Positions 59,441 to 64,000 of a stretch of 64,000 nt of DNA are shown piece by piece; the first letter of the stretch is position 1; each line of letters begins with the position of its first letter. The stretch lies in assembly GCF_006345805.1 (NCBI RefSeq), contig NC_043012.1, forward strand, positions 56,916,001-56,980,000, written 5' to 3'. The translations under genes were made by a program, and so were the position numbers. Source of the DNA: Octopus sinensis. Taxonomy: Eukaryota. The notes beneath the pieces were generated by a model. The model ran no database searches, was not told the origin of the DNA, and saw only the letters and a list, made by a program, of their open reading frames with translations.

Positions 59441-62400
59441 ATGGAAAATTTACCGCATCCAAAAGACCTAGACTTTAATCAGGAAAATCTAGCCGCAGCA
59501 TGGAAAAAGTGGAAAAAAGAATTCAATCTCTTTTGATAGCAACAGAAAGTGACATGAAGCCAGACAAAGTAAAAGTAAAAACTTCAATGTTTTTAACTTG
59601 CATCGGTTCTAAAGGCCGAGATATCCATTCCACACTGGATTTCGATTCACCCGACGAAGAAATGAACCTTCAGACAGTAATCGAAAAATTCGATGCATTG
59701 TGAACCCAGGAAAAACATAACTTTCCTAAGACACAAATTCTTCACATGTGGAAAAGCGGAACATCAAAAATTCGATGAGTACGTAGTAGAGTTGCGCCAA
59801 AAGGCACAACAGTGCGAATTCGGCAACCTCACAGACAGTCTCACCAAAGATATTCTGATATGTGGAATCAGAGACATGAGATAAGAGAAAGATTATTGAG
59901 AGAACCAAATTTAGACCTACAAAAAACAATTCATGCAGGTCAGAGTGCAGAGCAAACACGACTCCAATCAAGGATACTAAATGCCACATCCGAAACAAGA
60001 GATAACGAAATCTCGAGGGTATATAGTCAACACGACAGAAAAGGCGCCAAAACTCAAATAACCCGCCATATGCAATCCAGACATCAAAACGAACAAGGCG
60101 GAAGTGACAGAAAGCCCGCGAAGTTTCAAGCGCCAAGTCAACACTACGTCACTAACTGTCACTATTGTGGTTATAATCACAAAAGAAATAAATGCCCAGC
60201 ATTTCACAAGACATGTGAAAAATGCAAGAAACAAGGACACTATGCAAAAATGTGCAAATCAAGAAAATTTGTACATAAAGTAGAGATACATACCGACGAT
60301 GAATCAGATGACGATACACATGCACTCGAAATGATCACTGCAAATAATTCCCGCGTGCACAAAATCGAAAAGTTCAAGACTCCAAAAGACATTTGGACGG
60401 TCGTCGAACTAAAAGTGAACAACTCGAATGTAACATTCAAAATTGATACTGGAGCAGACGTAACCGTACTGCCATTCAGAGAATATAGAATATAATCCAA
60501 AACCACAACTGCAAAAAACCTCAACTCGATTATCAGCTTATATAACACAGCTATAAAAGTGCTAGGAAAATGCACAGCAGTCATTAAATACAAAGAATTA
60601 TCAAAGCAAATAAAATTCATTGTTGTAAAACAAACTCGCACGCAGTTATAGATGCAAAGACAGCTAAAGATCTGAACCTGATTCAGAGAATTTCAAAAAT
60701 AAATTCGTCGAACACAAACGACATATTAGAAAAATATGAAGACTGTTTCGGAGAAATCGGCACTTTGTCAATAACACATCATATCACAGTGGATCCACAA
60801 ATAACTCCTGTAATTCATCCACCAAGATCGGTTCCTTTTTCTATAAAAGAAAAACTCAACAAAGAATTAAAAAGAATGACAGAATTAGATATCATAAAAC
60901 CTGTTAGTGAACCTACAGACTGGGTAAATTCCCTAGTCATCGTTGAAAAAGCCAACGGAAAACTCCGACTCTGTTTAGACCCCAAGAATCTAAACAAAGC
61001 CATAAAAGGCAACATTTCAAACTCCCTACAGCGGAGGACATTTTTGCACAAATGCATAACCCTAAATATTTTTCAAAACTCGATGCATCTAATGGATACT
61101 GGCAAATTCCAGTTGACGAAGAAAGCTCCCATCTTTTAACGTTCAACACACCTTTTGGAAGGTATCGCTTCACACGACTACCCTTTGGAATTCACAGCGC
61201 CAGTGAAGTTTTCCAAAAAGAAATTTCAAAAATAATAGAGGGCATAGAAGGAGCAAGAAATTCACAGGATGACATCATAATCTGGTCCAACACTTTAGAA
61301 GAACACACAAATAGACTACAACAAGTTTTCGATCGAATCCGAAAGCACGGATTAAAGTTAAATAAATCAAAGTGTATCTTCTATGAATCACAAATCAAGT
61401 ACCTTGGGCATATATTAACCAGCGAAGGGATATAAAGCAAGATCCAACCAAGGTAACAAGCAATCATTCACATGCCACTGCCAACAAGTAAAAAAGAATT
61501 ACAAAGATTCCTAGGTATGACAAATTACCTATGTAAATTTTTATCTAACTACTCCGAAGTCACAGCACCATTGCGCCAGCTTCTACAGAGTGACACGTTA
61601 TGGTCATTCGACAAACCACAAATCGAAGCAATAAAAAAGCTAAAAGAAATGATTACCAGAAAACCAGTGCTACAATTTTATGATCCAGATCTATCTACCA
61701 ATAAAATAACTACAGATGCTAGTAAGCATGGGCTCGGAGCGATACTTGAACAGAAACACAACGAAAGATGGCTACCTGTTTCGTTTGCATCTCGTGCAAC
61801 AACTCAAGCGGAACAAAACTACTGTCGATAGAGAGCGAAGCTCTCAGTATAGTTTTCGCATGCAAGAAATTTCATCAGTTTATATACGGAACTCATTTCA
61901 GAATCGAAAATGACCATAAACCGTTGAAGCAAATATTCAAAAAATCGATCACTAAATGCCCCCCCCAGAATCCAAAGATTTCTACTAACATTACAAAGAT
62001 ATGATTTTGACCTAAACCACATACCTGGTAAAGAATCAATTGTTGCAGATACCCTATCACGTGCATACCTTGAGCAAAATACTCCAGAAGTATCAGACGA
62101 AGATATGAAATCGCACATTCATGCAGTAATAAAAAATTACCCCATAACCGACACTAAATTAAACGAGTATAAAGAAGCCACTGCAGACGACCCGTCTCTA
62201 CAGACACTCGTCACATTTACAAGAACAGAATGGCCCCCAAAAGACAAAATACCAATAAACATCAAACCATTCGTATCTGTTCGTGATGAAATATCAATCG
62301 TCAATGGTCTTGTTCTAAAAGGTTCAAGAATAATTGTACCTAAGTCATTACGTAGAGAAGCTCTACAGGAAATACATACCGGACACATGGGTATCGAAAA

Positions 62401-63390
62401 ATGCATAGAGAGAGCGAAGGAATGTATATACTGGCCCGGCATTAACGCTCAAATCAAAGACATGATTAACACATGCTCATACTGCATTGACTACAAAAAT
62501 CAACAAGCAGCCGAACCACTAATAAATCATGAAATACCTACTACACCATGGACCAAATGGGTACAGACGTATTTCACCTGTCTGGAAATTCGTATGTCAC
62601 AATTATTGACTATACAACAAGATTTTTTGATCTACACGAAATAAATGATTGCCAGTCAAAAACCGTAATCAAAAAATTAAAAGAAACTTTTGCTAAATTC
62701 GGAATTCCGCAAACAGTTGTAAGTGACAACGGTCCAGAATTCAATTCGGCTGAATTCAAAAAATTTGCAAAAAATTGGCATTTTCATCACACGAAGACAA
62801 GCCCGCATTATCATCAAGCGAATGGCATGGTTGAGAGAAATATACAGACAATAAAAAAGACGCTAAAAAAGGCATTCAAAAGTGACGAAGAACCTCAGTT
62901 AGCGCTCTTAGCATTACGCACGACTAAATTACAAAATGGTGCACCATCCCCTGCAAATCAAATAATGAATAGAACATTGCGAACAAATCTCCCAAACATA
63001 CTACACGACAAAATTGGAATCAGGCCTCACGAAAAGAAGAAATCAAACATTACAACAGAATTCCCAGAGTTAAAACCACACGACACGGTTAGAATTAAGT
63101 TTAACAACAATTGGTTTAGAAGGGGCAAAATAATTAAAAAACTAGAGCAACCTCGTTCATACTTAGTAATAACAGAGGAAGGAAATACAGTCAAACGAAA
63201 TAGACAACATATTCTTAAAACAAACGAACACGTTCGCATAACAGAAGAATTAGATTATGAAAATATATTTCCAAAGTCAACAAACACGCATGAAAAAACA
63301 AAAACAGCACAACTACAGAATTCAACACTACAAAATAATAAAACCACAAAAAGTGGACGACGAATAATTATTCCCTGTAGATACAGATGA
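59441..63390 (+). CDS. gag-pol polyprotein, interrupted by about 13 small indels in this sequence
   Basis: Gag WKKWKKEF, two knuckles CHYCGYNH..C and CEKCKKQGHYAKMC, protease FKIDTGA, RT LRLCLDPK / SKLDASNGYWQ / LPFG / NSQDDII, RNase H TTDASKHGLGA / ENDHKPL, integrase HTGH..CSYC, IDY, SDNG, NGMVER. Confidence 0.9.
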
Positions 63391-63404
63391 TATAAAAAAA
63401 AATT

Positions 63405-63430
63405 GAAAAAAAAAAAAAAAAAAGGGAAGA
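63405..63430 (+). promoter_or_regulatory. Polypurine tract
   Basis: G(A)18GGGAAGA directly before the 3' LTR. Confidence 0.85.
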
Positions 63431-63666
63431 TGTTATATAATCATCACAACAAACATGAACAATCAACGTCGCCCATTGTCTCCCTTGATAAAAGGACTTT
63501 CACTTTGTTTCCCGCCAAAACAATTAACTTGTACAACAACGGCAGTCGAATAAAGTATCTTGTATCGTTAACACGTTGTTTCAGTCTCTCTCATTTTCTT
63601 AATCTTTCATACTAAGTACTCACTACTTCCTTTAATACTCAATACTATATATATATAACAACAACA
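63431..63666 (+). repeat. 3' LTR
   Basis: 235/236 identical to the 5' LTR; followed by TSD ACTGG. Confidence 0.97.
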
Positions 63667-64000
63667 ACTGGTACTTAAATTATTGATCCCTAAAAGATGA
63701 AAGGCAAAGTCAACCTCGGAGGAATTAGAACTCAGAACATAGCGGCAGATGAAATACACATTTATATTTCTTTACTACCCACTAGGGGCTAAACACAGAG
63801 AGGACAAACAAGGACAGACAAACGGATTAAGTCGATTATATCGACCCCAGTGTGTGACTGGTACTTATTTAATCGACCCCGAAAGGATGAAAGGCAAAGT
63901 TGACCTCGGTGGAATTTGAACTCAGAACGTAGCGGCAGACAAAATACCGCTAAGCATTTTGCTTGGCATGCTAACGATTCTGCCAGCTCATCGTCCTCAT

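Larger units (their letters stand above)
59127..63666 (+). mobile_element. Full-length Ty3/Gypsy LTR retrotransposon (Mag-like), inserted into a family A SINE
   Basis: TG...CA LTRs of 236 bp (59127-59362, 63431-63666), 5-bp TSD ACTGG (59122-59126, 63667-63671), PBS, PPT, domain order gag-PR-RT-RH-IN. Confidence 0.97.

Noticed and set aside
61850-61880. Minus-strand CTGATGA...GAAA in the Gypsy RNase H region
   Set aside because: No supporting helices; chance match.
14898-63992. Many tRNA-like A/B-box sequences as possible tRNA genes
   Set aside because: All continue into SINE bodies and lack a complete cloverleaf.

Overview
Eukaryotic, very repeat-rich, AT-rich genomic DNA. The SINE, LINE, MITE and microsatellite families look like an Octopus (coleoid cephalopod) genome; this is inferred from recognising the repeats. 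The only host gene is a plus-strand SFMBT1/2 orthologue (4 MBT repeats, SLED/DUF3588, SAM). Thirteen GT-AG coding exons from 664 to 42932 join in frame to about 844 aa, and the N-terminal exon(s) lie upstream of the window. The right end holds a young, full-length Ty3/Gypsy (Mag-like) LTR retrotransposon at 59127-63666. It has 236-bp LTRs with one mismatch, an ACTGG target-site duplication and a tRNA-Leu PBS. Its gag-pol is broken only by about 13 small indels, mostly in homopolymers and probably long-read errors. The most striking unannotated signal is a set of about a dozen minimal type I hammerhead ribozyme (HHR) motifs from several Penelope-like/retrozyme families. They include (i) a textbook retrozyme-like 1.5-mer with a 352-nt unit at 55994-56514 whose end lies 1 nt from the predicted self-cleavage site, (ii) a perfect 152-bp inverted repeat with two divergent HHRs in an SFMBT intron, (iii) a 333-bp tandem repeat with two HHR-like motifs per unit, and (iv) a tRNA-headed SINE-like element with an HHR tail. 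The rest is RTE and CR1 LINE fragments, non-autonomous Helitrons, piggyBac-type MITEs, several SINE families and long TA/CA microsatellite tracts. All folding and alignments were done by eye; SINE and LINE boundaries are approximate.
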